Positions 36,146 through 49,227 of a stretch of 64,000 nucleotides of DNA are shown piece by piece. This stretch comes from Callorhinchus milii. Lineage: Eukaryota. The notes beneath the pieces were generated by a model. The model made no database searches. It saw only the letters and a program-made list of their open reading frames with translations, and was not told the origin of the DNA. Each line of letters opens with the position of its first letter. The stretch's first letter is position 1. Where the stretch lies: positions 50,718,001-50,782,000 of the forward strand of contig NW_024704743.1 of assembly GCF_018977255.1 (NCBI RefSeq), in the 5' to 3' direction. Both the position numbers and the translations under genes were made by a program.

Positions 36146-36609
36146 TCAGTTCTTTTTTCGTCCAAAATACTTTTTGTAGGGAATTTTATGCTTCTACCGA
36201 AAGGTTCATTGTGTGAAATATTTTTCAGGAATACTGTCTTAAATCATCAGTAAGAGTTGAGTTCATCTTATATTCCCCCAACTGGCACTGAAATTGCTGG
36301 GATCCGTGTGACAGTAGATGCAAGACCTCTTGGCTCTGGAGTCAGGCTCCGCCACTGTTAAGCACTCTGAGATGCTTCCCTGTGTGGAGGGCACTATATA
36401 AGTGCAAGTTGTTGCTGTTGGTTAGCTTAGTAGCTGCCACATTTGGGTTTGCGCACAAAATTAATGAACAAACTTACAGGGCATTGTTTAGCTGCGTTCA
36501 GTCATTGCCGGGAGCAAAACGTCCCACAAAGTCAAAATTATTGCTTGCGATAATTATCATATCACATATCACATTTCATGTCTATATTCCAAAGTTAAAA
36601 GATCCACTT

Positions 36610-37200
36610 GGAAAGTACAAGCCTATTAATGTATAGTAGGGAAGATGCTTAAGAGAATTATATGAGATTTAATCAAAAATCTTCTAAAAGGTATGGTTTT
36701 AGATGCTATAAACAGGACTTAGACACTACTGTAGGTTTATAAGATGAACTAACATTGAGGTATAGTCAGTTTATTTACTTTGGATTCTCATAAGATCTTT
36801 GAGTATGTTCCCTGTGGGAAGCTTGTAAAGAAGTTTAAGGGTCATGGAATAGATCCAGAATATCTACATGGACTGAAATTTGGCTTTGGCAAAGGAGACA
36901 AAATTCGGTGATAAATACCAAAATGCTCTGACTGAGAACCCGATAGAGTGCCACATGGATCTGTTCTGGGTCCGATGTTTATAATATTTGTGAATGATAC
37001 CGAGCTGAATACCTGAGGTAGTTTCAGATTTGCTGAAGACACAAATCCGATGAGTACTGTAGTAATGAGTTTCTTTTCATTTCCAAAAGGAGTGACATGA
37101 GTAGGGCTGAGAAATGGAAGATGGATTTTAATGTGGATAAATGTAAAATAATGTATTTGGGAAACAGAAATGGTAAACATGCCATGGAAAGGTGCCCATT
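36610..37200 (+). mobile_element. Old CR1 RT fragment
   Basis: VPHGSVLGPMFIIFVND...FAEDT...FNVDKCKIMYLG. Confidence 0.8.
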
Positions 37201-37579
37201 AACACAGAGAAATAATGGAACCAATTACGGTGTTCTAAACATTCCTGTGTAAAAAGATCTGCATGGGGATTAGGTGGAGCAGTGAGTTTTCCCAATGTAC
37301 CTTTCACCTCTGGAATTTATCTTTAAATTCAGCTGACACTGAGCTCTAATTTGAAATGGATTCACTGGATTTTAATCAGTTCAACCTAACCTACCCTTAA
37401 CCTAACCTTCCCTAAAGACAGTGGTGAGGTTCTACGGCTTCAATTCTCACCTCTTATCCAGTTTCTCAGGGTTGATGGGGTTGATGGGCAAAGGGTAGCA
37501 GGCTGCACTACTACTGCCAGAGCCTCCTTACACTAATTTCTTATTCAACCTCAGTAAAATGTCACCCTATTGTCCCACA

Positions 37580-37790
37580 TTGCTGACCAGGACACTTGGG
37601 AGAATCCCCTTTCTCTTTTGAATAGTGCCATGGGATCCTTAACATCCACCTGAACCGGCGGACAGGACTTCAGTTTAAAATTTCATCTGAAGCATAGCAA
37701 TGCTCCCTCAGCACTGTATAGGAGTGTCAGTTTGGAATATAAGTTCAAAGTCCTAACATGGGGCTTGAACCTACAACTGCCTGATTAGGT
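37580..37790 (-). mobile_element. SacSINE1-like 5' half
   Basis: Reverse of the SINE body and head. Confidence 0.75.
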
Positions 37791-38441
37791 GATGAGTTAT
37801 AATATATTATAACGATAGGTATTTGAAAGAGTACGTTAAAATTTGCCATAGTATCTTAAGTAGAACTCATCTTTAACAACAATTTGAAAATGATTAATCT
37901 GTGCTTTCTGTTCCCTAAGGAAGTGTGAAGGCCTTTAGATTTACTGATGAATAGAATGGAAAACATTTTATCCTTGAACGATTTTTGACCTTTGAAAGTA
38001 TCTGGTTCATTTTTTTTACGGTGACATTTTGAATTACTGCAGAAAAATTCATTATAATTCATTGCAGAGTTCTGGCAGTAAATGTACTCTGCCTAAGTAG
38101 TCTTGTTTGTAGGATGCAGCCATCCCAATCAAAAGAACCTTTGTGTAAGTTCCGTCTTCAAATACACATTTGAATTTGCTTGCCCCTCACCATGAGAACC
38201 TTGCTATTTCTGGGTTTGACAACCTGTTTGAGCACAGCTTGGCAACAAAGAAAGGGCACATCTCAGGAAGGCCAGATCGAGCGAACGAAGCAGGGTTCAA
38301 TCTATAGAAGTGACCAGTTGGTTTATAATAGATCAAAACCAGTTTACTGAAGTTTAGCCTCAAGTTTGTCAGTTTTTATAAGGACTGTAATAGATTTCCT
38401 ACAGTCCAGTTGAAATCGGTAATCCATGCCTATTCATGGAA

Positions 38442-38578
38442 ACATAGAATCATAGCCTCTTACAGCACAGAAAGAGGCCACGCGTCCAATTGTGCCTGTG
38501 CCGGCTCTTTGAAAGAGCTATCCGATTAGTCCCACTCCCCTGTTGATACCCCATACCCCTGCAAATTCTGTCCTTTCA
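38442..38578 (-). mobile_element. CR1 3' tail
   Basis: CATAGAATCATAG...CTCTTTGAAAGAGCTATCCGATTAGTCCCACTCC; similar tails at 4185, 26745 and 42885. Confidence 0.8.
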
Positions 38579-38971
38579 GCAGAAGAAATGTGGAGGCAGA
38601 AAACTGTCAGGTATTTAAAGGGACATTTCCTTCACCAGAGTATTTGGCAAACGTTTTAATGGTTATTTATAAATGGAATGTAAGTCACAACAATCCATGA
38701 TTCTCTCACTTGTGTGAGATACAATCCTGACTGGGACTTTTCTTTTGTGAAGAAAAAAAGAGAATTGACAAACATGAGGACGATATTTGTTTGATTCTGG
38801 AGAAAGCCTTGAAAGCAACAGACAGATCATTGAAAAATAATCAATTCCAGAAAGAAGTTTGCACAGAACTAAATTGTTCTTCTCCATTCCTTGTAATACT
38901 TTCCTGCTCTGTTGCATTTTTCCTTTGATCTTTACTGATAATGCAACATTTATTGCTACTGCATTATTACC

Positions 38972-39303
38972 ATAATAATACACCTTGCATTTGGTATAGC
39001 ATCTTATCACTTATCAGTTATCACATCTTGAAGTGCTTAAAAGGATTTTACTGTGAAGTGTAGTGACTGTGTACTTGTGTTTGGCAAACTACTACTATTC
39101 GAAATGAGAAGGGAGTTTTTTCCGGTGTCCTGGCCAACATATTAGTCATTCACTTCAAGGTTGGTTGTGGTACATTATCGTGCTCAAAATGGTTGCCACG
39201 TTTCCCCACATAAACACAATCATTCCACTTTACAGTATATCCTATGAAGTGTTTTTCCTCCTACCATGAAAGTTGCTATCCAACTGTAAAGATTAATATT
39301 ATT
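38972..39303. mobile_element. Two DeuSINE 3' fragments in divergent orientation
   Basis: Minus tail at 38972-39085; plus SacSINE1-like 3' half at 39095-39303. Confidence 0.7.
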
Positions 39304-40428
39304 AAAACTGGATTCAACACTTGTCCTTTCCTTAAGCAACCTATTATTGACTCATTTCTCTTTCTTCATACAAACTATTTTAACATTGTGTTTTCCCTGC
39401 CCTTCTCTGTTGAATCCAAGTACAGGAAGGTTCATACCTGAAACACTGTTCTAGTAGCTGTGAATCAAAATTTCAGCTCTTGGGTAAAAAATGTTTAAGA
39501 AAACTTGTCAGTCATATTGACTGTGTAAAGCCTGTGGGATTAATCAACCCATTGACGTTCAGTCTCAAGCTTGTCAGTTTTATAAGAACATGTTTTAAAT
39601 TGCAATTTCCTAATTTTCACTGGCATTTATAAACATTATCAGAATACATTTAGGAATATTGCAATTTTGACTACAAATTCTCCTACGTTCATTTCTTGCA
39701 AGAAAACTTGGGGAAAAAATTAAGTTCTTTAGGAACTGTTGTACTCACCTACTTATTGCCATTTAAAAACTGTCAAGTGTTCTTGAGATAACATAATGCC
39801 TCCCAAGCCTGGAAAATCTCACTCTTTTTCTTCTCCACTGGAATAAAACTAATTTTGTTTAGATTGATGTAACCCTTTTCTACAAATCTCATTTTCTCAA
39901 ACACCGCCTCAGTCATGTATATCTCAATGGTTCTTCAGTTTTATACTCTTTCATAAATGAAATCAGAACTCCTTCTATTGCCCCGAGGTTGACAGCTTTT
40001 GGTAGCGATATTTCACTTCTCTGCCTTTGCTCTGTCATTACCTGGAATCTTTGTGGCTGTGATTAGTTTCCTTTCTCTATTTTCTTGGACATTTTGTGTT
40101 AAGGGTTGTACCATGTAAACAGTCTGGGTTTACTTTAAGATGTTTTAACTGTATTTCTTGTTTGTTCAGTTGTCTCTGTGGCTAATATATCTTCCCTGCA
40201 TGTCATGTCTGAGTTAGTAGTAGTATTTTGTATTGTTTCTTTCCTTTGAGTTGATTTCATTTACTGTTGGATTGAAGGAAATGTTTTCTGTGCCTCCACT
40301 TTCCATGGCACTGTCAAATAAATGGTCCTGTTGGCTCTTTAAGCCAAAAATTTCACCTGATCTTGGTCTGTAAAAGTTTCTTGTTTTAATTTCAAAATTG
40401 CACAGAATTGTGGAAAAATCTTTCATCC

Positions 40429-40741
40429 GTGGAGTCCTGTAGCTCAGTAGTTAGAGCACTCGTCTCGCAAGCGAAAGACCTGCTCCATTCCCAGCAGGGC
40501 AAAACCTTGGGCAAGTTTCCTTACTCAACACACCTGATAATAATCCCTCAAGAAAAAAACATTAATAAATTGGTCACTTCAATCCACGACTGTTTGTGGG
40601 ACACTGCTGTGCGCAATTGGCTGCCGTATTTCACTCACAAATATACAGTCAATTCACTTTACAGTATATTCTGTGAAGCACTTTGAGACGTCTAGAAGCC
40701 GTGAAAAGCGCTATATCAAATGCAAGGATTATTATTATTAT
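40429..40741 (+). mobile_element. tRNA-derived SINE, short form, full length
   Basis: Head to (TAT)n; tail loop variant GACGTCTAGAAGCCGT. Confidence 0.92.
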
Positions 40742-40967
40742 CAAATCTTAAAATGGAAGCCAGTTTTCCCCAGTCCTTAAAATGGAGTTTTGGGGCTTCT
40801 GCTGCTAAATGTTGAATTTCTACGTGTGTTCAATGTGTATTGGAGATCTTCCTCTATATATTCATTCTCCCTTTGAGTCTGTGCCTATTGATTTCCTGAT
40901 TCATACATAGCCTATTTTAGTACATTTTCCGACATGGAAAATAACCTCCAATAAAATACTCTAGTAA

Positions 40968-41560
40968 TATGAACACAGGAAAAGAGGAGGACATTCAGCC
41001 CCTCGAGTCTGTTTCACTATTCTATTAGATCAAGGCTGATCTGTACTTCAACTCCATTTTTATCCTCCTTTTCTCCATATCCCTTGATATCCTTACCTAA
41101 CAAATATCTATTTACCTCCAATTAACCCAGCATCCACACCCTTTTGGGGGAAATTCCAGATTTTCACAAACCTCTATGAGTCCAACTCCCAACCAATTAT
41201 CGACCAATCTCACAAGGTTACCTCCAATTCAATGCTCTTTCATTTTCTCCATTAAACTCTTGTGTGAAACCTTATCAAATTCCTTTTAAAGGTCCATATA
41301 GACAATATCTATAGATACTCCCTTATCCTGGTGACACTCCCTCATAACCACCTCAAAAAAGTCAACTGGTTTAGTCAGATTTGACTTACCCTTCACAAAT
41401 CCATGCTGACTCTCCCTAATCAGCTCATACCTATCCAATGCTCAATCACTCTTTCCCAGATGATAAATTCCAGTAACTTTCCCACAACTGATGTCAAACT
41501 GACATGTCTTTCGTCATCTGGTTTCTCCCTCCTTCCCTTCTTAAATAATGGAGTGACAGT
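40968..41560 (-). mobile_element. CR1 fragments (3' end plus RT N-terminal part)
   Basis: Reverse frame SQHGFVKGKSNLT and a CR1-type 3' end. Confidence 0.8.
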
Positions 41561-42237
41561 AGGTCAAAATTTATTACAATAATTTCCTACTGTATACAGT
41601 ATAGTATAATACATTTGTGTAATATTATTAGTTTATTATATTCCTCCTGCTGCTGTACTAAACATTGTCAATTACTATTCCTAATGTAGTATTGCAATGC
41701 ACCATACACTAATACTCTCTGAGATTTAATTTACCATTTTCCTTAATGGAAATCCTTAATAAGAAACCCCATTAGAATTCACAGGGACTTGTTGGACATC
41801 CGACTCTAGAACTACATTATGTTAGAGTGGAATTCCTGTGGTTCACCATGACTTACTACCAATTACTGAAGGAGTCTCCTCAACAGCATGACTTGAATTC
41901 TTGTTGAGGAAACAGTTTAAAAAAAATCTCAAATTATACTCCGCTGCTTCTATTCATGAAATCACCATGTGAAAAATTCTATTTAACATACTATGGCATA
42001 GTTTAATGTCCTCTTTCAAAAGTCACAAATATCATAGTTCTAACTGTGACACAGTTTTTCTCGTGTTACCCAATTAGAGTGAGTCTCACCACCTTTTAAA
42101 TAAAAATGGTAAAGTTGTTAAATAATTCTGGTAAGTGTTAAAACTTTTTATTTCCTCATTTGCTGTGATTTATGTTTTGTATTTTTTTCGTTTGAAATGG
42201 GAGCACCAGTGGCAATTCCCGGGGAACCAGCTGGGAA

Positions 42238-42418
42238 GAATTTTTTTTTGTGTCAGCCAGATGTCTGACACATGCGGAAACCCATCACCAGGCTTAAGAG
42301 TATCCAAACCAAACTGAGATTTCCATGCTTCCCACCTACACATGGAAATCCCTGATATAGATTGTTGGAATGGAATCCGCACTCTCTCCCTGGAGGGACA
42401 CATTCTGGGAAGAGATAC
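42238..42418 (-). repeat. Unnamed dispersed repeat family B, copy 2
   Basis: CTGACACATGCGGAAACCCATCAC...TTAAGAGTATCCAAACCAAACTGAGA is the reverse complement of 20983-21036. Confidence 0.8.
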
Positions 42419-43094
42419 TGAGGCAAAAGGGTAAGGGAGCTGAATTAATATCAGAAGATGTAATTGTTAGCCCAGAGTTCTTTACTGAACTTGGTACTTT
42501 AACTGTTCACCAGTATATTAATATAACTCTTTTCCATTGGCTCCTAAGCCAGTTCCACTCACGATATTCTCAGTTGTTTAGCATAAAAATAAATCAAGCG
42601 AAACAGACTGATTCGCACTGTGAGCCAGCATATTGTCCTTTGATATTTGGGTTTCTTTCTAAACTGCGGGACAAAAGTCTCCTTCCTCTGCTGGTTATAA
42701 GCATCCTAGGGGAGAGTCTCAACCCAGTTCATAGGGTGTAAGGATTCATAATGTGAAACTATTCATAATTTGTCATAAGGTTTGGTGTGCAAAATGAAAA
42801 TAAACTGCTGAGATTGTAGGGAAAGCATTTCTGAGTTAAAGTACATTATTGTGAGGACAGACAAAAGCATGTTACACTCAGGATCTCATAGAATTACATA
42901 GCGCACAAGGAGGTCATTTGGCCCTTGGTGTCTGTGCTGGTCTGGCTGATGCAATAGATATTCTGGTAATATTTTAACCATTTCAGCATTACCAACACTG
43001 GGGTGCATTCATTGGATGCGAGCTCTCTGTGGGGACTGCTGAAGTATATGCACTTTCAGCTCCTACTTCCAAGTTTGTCATGAAAAGCAGAGAC

Positions 43095-43652
43095 CAGTGG
43101 GCAACCTTGGTGTCCGGTTCGACCCCAAACTGTCCTTCCTCCCCTACATCTGGTCCTTGTTCAGAACCGCTTTCTTTCACCTCTGCCACATTGCCCGCCT
43201 CCGACTGTACTTTACCCCAAATGGAGCTGAAACCCTCATGCATGCGTTTGTCACCTCCCACTTGGATTACTCCAATGCACTTCTTGCCGGTCTCCCCAGC
43301 TCCACTATTCACAAGATCCAGCTCATTCAAAACTCTGCCATCCACATACTGACCCGAACCAAACTCCGTACCCACATCTCACCAGTTCTGGCCAAGCTTC
43401 ACTGGCTCCCCATCACCGAATGGAACGACTTCAAGTTCCTCACTCTCATGTTCAAATCCATTCATTCCCTGGCACCTCCCTACCTCTCCGACCTCCTCAT
43501 TCCCCAGTCCACCATCCTGCTCATCCCTCGCACCCTCCTCCCCACCATTGTGGGTTGTGCTTTCAGCCACTATGGCCCAAAACTCTGGAACACTCTCCCT
43601 CAATCCATCTGTCTTGCCCCCTCCCCTCTTTCAAGTCCCGTCTGAAGACTTT
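43095..43652 (+). mobile_element. L2 3' fragment
   Basis: ORF 43097-43645 NLGVRFDPKLSF...LWNTLPQSI. Confidence 0.92.
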
Positions 43653-44750
43653 CAACAACAACTTGGACTTATATAGCGCCCTCCACGCCGGACGGCGTCT
43701 CAGAGCGCTTTACAGTAAAGGATCCTGGGGCCGAGCCAGGGGGAGGGGGAGGAAGGTGACCAAAGGCCCAGTCGGAAAGAAAGGTCTTCAGCAGAGACTT
43801 GAAAATAGGAAGAGAGGGGGCGAGATGAAGGGAGTGAGGAAGGGAGTTCCAGAGCATTGGGGCATAGTGGCTGAAGGCACGGCCGCCAAGGGTGGAGCGG
43901 AGGATTCGGGGGACAAGGGGGAGGCCAGACCCGATGGAGTGAAGGCAACGGGCATTGTTTTGAGGAGAAAGGAGATAAGAGAGGTAAGGGGGGTGCAGAG
44001 GAGTGGAGGGATTTGAAGACAAGGGTAAGGATCTTGAAGTCGATCCTCTCTGGGACAGGCAGCCACTGCAGTCTGGCAAGGACTGAGGTAATCAGGGAGC
44101 GGAGTTTGGTGTGGGTAAGAATGCGGGCGGCAGAGTTTTGGATGACCTGGATTTTATGAATGGTATTGAAGGGGAGACCGGCGAGGAGGGTGTTTGAATA
44201 GTCCAGCCGAGAGATGACAAGGGCATGGACTAGGGTTTCAGCGGCTTTTGGAGTGAGGCATTGTTGGAGACGGGCGATGCGTCAGAGGTGGGAGAAAGCA
44301 GTGCTGGTGAGGGACCGGATGTGGGGGAGGAAGGATAATTGGGGGTCGAACCTGACGCCTAAGTTGCGTACGGGTTCGGAGAGTTTTAGGGGGAGGTCGG
44401 GTAGGTGGAGAAGGTGAGAACCATGTAATTTTACAGGTTGATGAGAGCCCAAGAGTATGGCTTCCGTCTTGTCAACATTCAGCTGAAGAAAATTCGTGCT
44501 CATTCAGCTCCTGAGGTCTGGCAGGCAGGCTAACAGAACATCAGGGGACTGGGGGTCGCAAAGTGAGGTGGAAAAATAGAGTTGGGTGTCGTTCGCATAA
44601 ATGTGGAAGTGTACCCCATGTCTGTGGATGACATCCCCTAGAGGGAGCCTATAGATCAGAAAGAGGAGGGGGCCAAGGATGGATCCTTGGGGTACTCCGC
44701 AGGTAACCGGGTGAGAACGGGAGGAAAAGCTGTTTGTGCAGATGTACTTT
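43653..44750 (-). mobile_element. L2 RT-to-tail fragment, tail-to-tail with the preceding copy
   Basis: GVPQGSILGPLLF, YANDTQLY and tail with (TTG)n. Confidence 0.93.
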
Positions 44751-45380
44751 CCTGTTCGACTTTGCTTATGGCCCACTCCCCCCTCCCCCCGGCTCGAAGT
44801 CAGACTCCGCCACTATTAAGCACTCTGAGATGCTACCCTGCATGGAGGGTGTTATATAAGTGCACGTTGTTGTTGTTATTGTAGAGGTAAATGTTATCTT
44901 GGTCATAGGCAGTTGTCTCAAAATTGAAGATTTTGCTGAATTTAGAAAATTCTTATATTCAGCCTTAATTTGTAGATTGGTTTCTTAAATAATAAATTGA
45001 GATGGTGAGATACTGTTCTAATGTCCTTAATGAAGGGATTCTGTTAGAAATTTTTGATTTTGGACCCCAATGTTTCTTTATGTTGTGTCATTTCCAGGGT
45101 CACACGTTGCTATTTTATTCAAAATTCTTTCTTCATTGCTGCTAATTTTTACTTGAAAGTTTTGTTCAGCACTCCCTCCCACCCCAAAGGCATTTGACTT
45201 ATTTTGTACCATTCCAATAGGATTCAGTACCAATGGGATCAAATGTCTTCCACTATTTTTGCCAAGTGACCTGAATGTGTGAACCTTTTCAGTGAATGTT
45301 GGACAACTAGTTGATCACAGCCAACCCTGCTTTTGCCTGACATCCAAATAAACACATGCAACTTTCTAAGGCCTAAAAAA

Positions 45381-45542
45381 GGATTCCTTTAAAAAGGAAT
45401 CTTGTAAGCATTCTGTTGAACCCTGGGTCTCCACTGCAGATAGAGCAGTGTTGGAGGGATTTCCCACTAGCTGGCGTGACGTACTACTAGTTACTGAAAG
45501 TAGCTCCTGCTTGCACAATTCTGATTCCTCATTAAAGAATCC
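45381..45542. mobile_element. MITE-like element with imperfect terminal inverted repeats (family C)
   Basis: GGATTCCTTTAAAAAGGAAT ... ATTCCTCATTAAAGAATCC; related copies at about 29743-29905 and 41745-41913. Confidence 0.55.
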
Positions 45543-47929
45543 AATTAAGAAATATCACATATCTACAAAAGAGTATTTTTAATCGTTTTTTGGATCATTC
45601 TTCCAAGCAGTTTTCACAATTTGCTGCCACAGGTTCAGAGGAGCAATTGAATGTCTCTTGTTAAGTGCTCTCACAAAATCAAAGCACTGAACAATGACTT
45701 CATTGACACCTTCCCTTCAACTGAAGCTCGTGGATTTCTTTAATTCCTCTGGTTTTACACTGTTATGGAAAATATTTTGAATTTAAAATGGTGGGAAGAG
45801 GACCCAATAAAGCAAAGGAAGAGACTGCAAGCACCAATATATTTTAAATTTTAACTCTGCATAAAATTTTAACTCTGCATTTCAATATGCATTTTAATAA
45901 CTGTTGCATGAGATCATGGTGGAATTGTAGCTTCCGAAGGTGGGTGTTAAGATGTGAGTGAATGCCAGTTGCAGCCTCGTGACAGGAGCCCCTTGATGCA
46001 ATTGATAGAATTTGTCATTTGGTAGATATTTGCTGCATTACCCTGAGAGAAACGGGTTTAATTCGTGGAAGTAATTTCACAGTCACATTTAAGACTGACA
46101 GTCTTAATACGCAAGCCAGCGGGTTGCATATTAGCTAACATTCTGGTGGAACCTTTGAACTTTGTACAGGGGAACAGTTAAGAAAGCTTCTTCATAAGAA
46201 ACACATCATTCTATTCTGTTCAGATGAATACCCTGTTGCTGACATCATCCTTATTCTTGCATGAACCTTTCAATTTCCTGCACATTGCATTGATCTGCAC
46301 TGCACAATAGCTTACTTATCTGCCTAGTAGTCAGGCATAATGCCAGGGCCTTGGCCTACATTCTCCTGACAAACCCTCTTCGGGAAAGCATTGCTTTATC
46401 ACATGCCACAAGAATGCAAATGAGAATTTGAAATCCCTGTCAGGGAATCTCCACATCCAACTTGGGAGAATTTGTGACAGACTGAAACCCAGGAACATTG
46501 GCCTACAAAATACACCATCGCAACAGTTATTCCGAGTAAATCCTATAAATTTCCAGCAAATCCCATAAAGGGCTTTAAAGATGTCCTCCCAATGTCAAAG
46601 GAGCTATATTAAATATTATTAATTATTTGTAGTTTTAATCATAGCACATAAGGATATTTATTTTAAAATACACTTTGTCATTCAGAAAGGAAACTCCCCT
46701 CCCTCCCCCTCTATTCTGCATCGATAAAAATTCAGTCCCAGTTGTTGATTTTCTCTTTGCACCAGGTTTTGGTATTTTTCAGAATAAATTCCAAGTAGAA
46801 GCATTTGCAAATAAAATTGGAAAATTGGAGGTTAAAAGTGAAAAACAATCTTTGGTGCTTAAACTGATACAATTTGAAAAAAAATCTTTCAAATGTAGCG
46901 TGTTTGCTTTAAAACATTATTTGAGGGAGAGAACACACAAAAATGTAAACTGGGAATGAATTCCTGGCATTCACCTTCCCATCAGTCAAAATTCATGATG
47001 TGGACACAAGAACAAAAGAAGAGACAGAGGGGAGCCACATAGCTTGACCAGTTGACCACAGCATTAACATTTCACATCTAAATGTGTTAAACTTTGGGGA
47101 AAGCTTTGCTTATGCTGTCTTTTAATGGAGGGAGTCAGCCTAGTTTTATCCGTTATGCTTTCTTATCCAAAAGGTCTACATTTTTGTGTGGGCAGCTCCA
47201 CAGACAAGCAGTTGAGGAAACTAGAGGCCTATTATCTGAAAAGTCAGATCATTAGTCTGTTGGCATTACTGCTTGTGAACTAAATGACCTTCAATAGGAT
47301 TAATGGAGCGGTTAAAGCTTCTAGCCACTGAACAGTTTGCCTGCAACTGAATTTGTCACACAAAATTCACATGATTCCTAAATTTTAAGAGAAAAAATTG
47401 AGATGAGCAATGTATAATGTACATTGATGTATTATTTTTAAAGACTCTAAACCTTACAGTTTGTCTTATACACTGAGTCAAGATATTCATTATCCTTTTG
47501 GAATGGCGAACACTGTAAACAATCAGCACCAACTAAGCTTACTAAGTTTACTCTGGTTACTGCACTGTCCTAACTACTCACTTTTTCTGAGCAGGTGGGG
47601 TAACCTGTTGTTTTTCATCATCCATATAATGCATAAAGAAGTTTAGTTGTGATTATTGTGATATTGTTATGAGACTGGAATTAGGAAAGTTCTGTAAGCC
47701 CTCTTTTAAATACAAGTCATTTTCAATGTTAAGACTCAATTCATCAATTTGCCAAATTCTGGACAATCTCAAATGCTGCACAATAAATCTAGACTCAATT
47801 AGTAGATTATCTAATTATCATTTGCAATCTAGTAGGTGGAAATTTCCTCCCCCCACCAACAATTCTGAGATCTGCATTAGTTCAGTGTTTTGTATGTGAT
47901 GCAGAAATGACCCGATCTGTAAATAAAAT

Positions 47930-48150
47930 AAAAGGCAAAATACTGCATATGCTGAAAATCTAGAATCTAGAAAATCTAAAATCAGTCACTGGGAACACAC
48001 AGCAGATCAGGCAGCATCTATGGAGAGAGAAAAGTGAGTTAATGTTTCAGGTCTATGACCTTTCATCAGAACTGTGGGATGTTGGAAGGGAGCAGTTTAT
48101 AAGGACAAGCAGAGAAGTGGGTGGGGAAAGAAAGACAAAAGGAAAAAATA
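47930..48150 (-). mobile_element. Penelope-type terminal repeat
   Basis: Same sequence family as 31092-31311, single arm. Confidence 0.75.
48036..48074 (-). ncRNA. Minimal type I hammerhead ribozyme motif (one helix III substitution)
   Basis: Minus strand reads CAGTT CTGATGA A AGGTC ATA GACCT GAAA CATT AACTC. Confidence 0.7.
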
Positions 48151-48574
48151 AGATAAGCTTAGCTCCACTTTCTCATTTGCAACACATAAACTGAGATGTT
48201 GTACCTTTAAATTCCGGGGTATGACAAAAACATATTTTGAATTTGAATAATTAGTTCCCACCAAGTTCAACATGAAGTATTGTTTGAAGCTGCTTTCATA
48301 CCACATAATGATGAAAACTCACCACTATCTTGGTAGCGATTTGCCACAAATGATAACTCGGGCTTGAGTCAGCGAAAATTCCACTGGAGGTCCACGCCCG
48401 GCAAATTGATGTCAGTTCTGCTACTCAAGTGTTCCCTGAAATATTTCAGCTGGCAACCGTACATCTAGGGAATTTTCAGAGAGCAATTTTTAATGGTCAA
48501 ATAAGTGGCTGTTTAATGTCTTTACAAAAGCAACAGACAATTCTGGTGTTCTGAGCACATAAAATGAGGCTAGA

Positions 48575-48820
48575 TGTCAGCTGGCTCAGTTGGGAGCACT
48601 CTTACCTCAGGGTCAGAAGGCTGTGGGTCCATGCCTCACATTGGGTCTTTGAGCTCATGGTCTAGGTTAAGACTACAATGCAGTGCTGGAGAGCGCTGTA
48701 ACATCAGAGGTGCCAATGCTTTGGATAAAATGTTAAACCAAGGTCCTCTCTGCTGGTTCAGGTGGACATTAAAGATCCCATTGGAACCATTTGAAAAGAA
48801 AAATAAGTTTTTCCAGGTTA
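48575..48820 (+). mobile_element. SacSINE1-like 5' half
   Basis: GGCTCAGTTGGGAGCACTCTTACCTCAGGGTCAGAAGG head and body. Confidence 0.8.
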
Positions 48821-49227
48821 TCTCTCTCAGATTGCTTATGATCTTCTGTTACTGGGCAACAGGAAATATGTAAGAGTTGTGCATTGTAATTTTTTCTAAT
48901 CAATTTCTTATAGCGGGATGAAGTAAGAGCAGGAGTAAATAAGAAAAGAGAAAAGGATATTCAGATTATCAGGCTCACTTCTTCCACAAGCCACACAAGA
49001 TCTAGTCCGCATTAACTTCTTCACCCACTCCATCTGTTTTGTTTGGTCAATTGACCCATGCTGAGACTCATCACCATCATTTAGAGTTTCCAAACCAAAC
49101 TGAGAGTTCCACATGTATGTTGGTTCGGCGTGCTTTCAGCACATTCCTCACTGGAACTCAATCCCAGAGTCCCTGCCTCCATCACTGCGTTCAGTATTCA
49201 TCTCAACATCTACCTCTTTGGTCATCT

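Noticed and set aside
38113..38144. Possible 32-nt micro-exon (TTGTAG|...|GTAAGT)
   Set aside because: Short pyrimidine tract, not frame-preserving, no recognisable peptide; needs RNA-seq.
38753..38928. Protein-like open frame (KRIDKHEDDICLILEKALK...)
   Set aside because: Weak splice sites and no family I can recognise.
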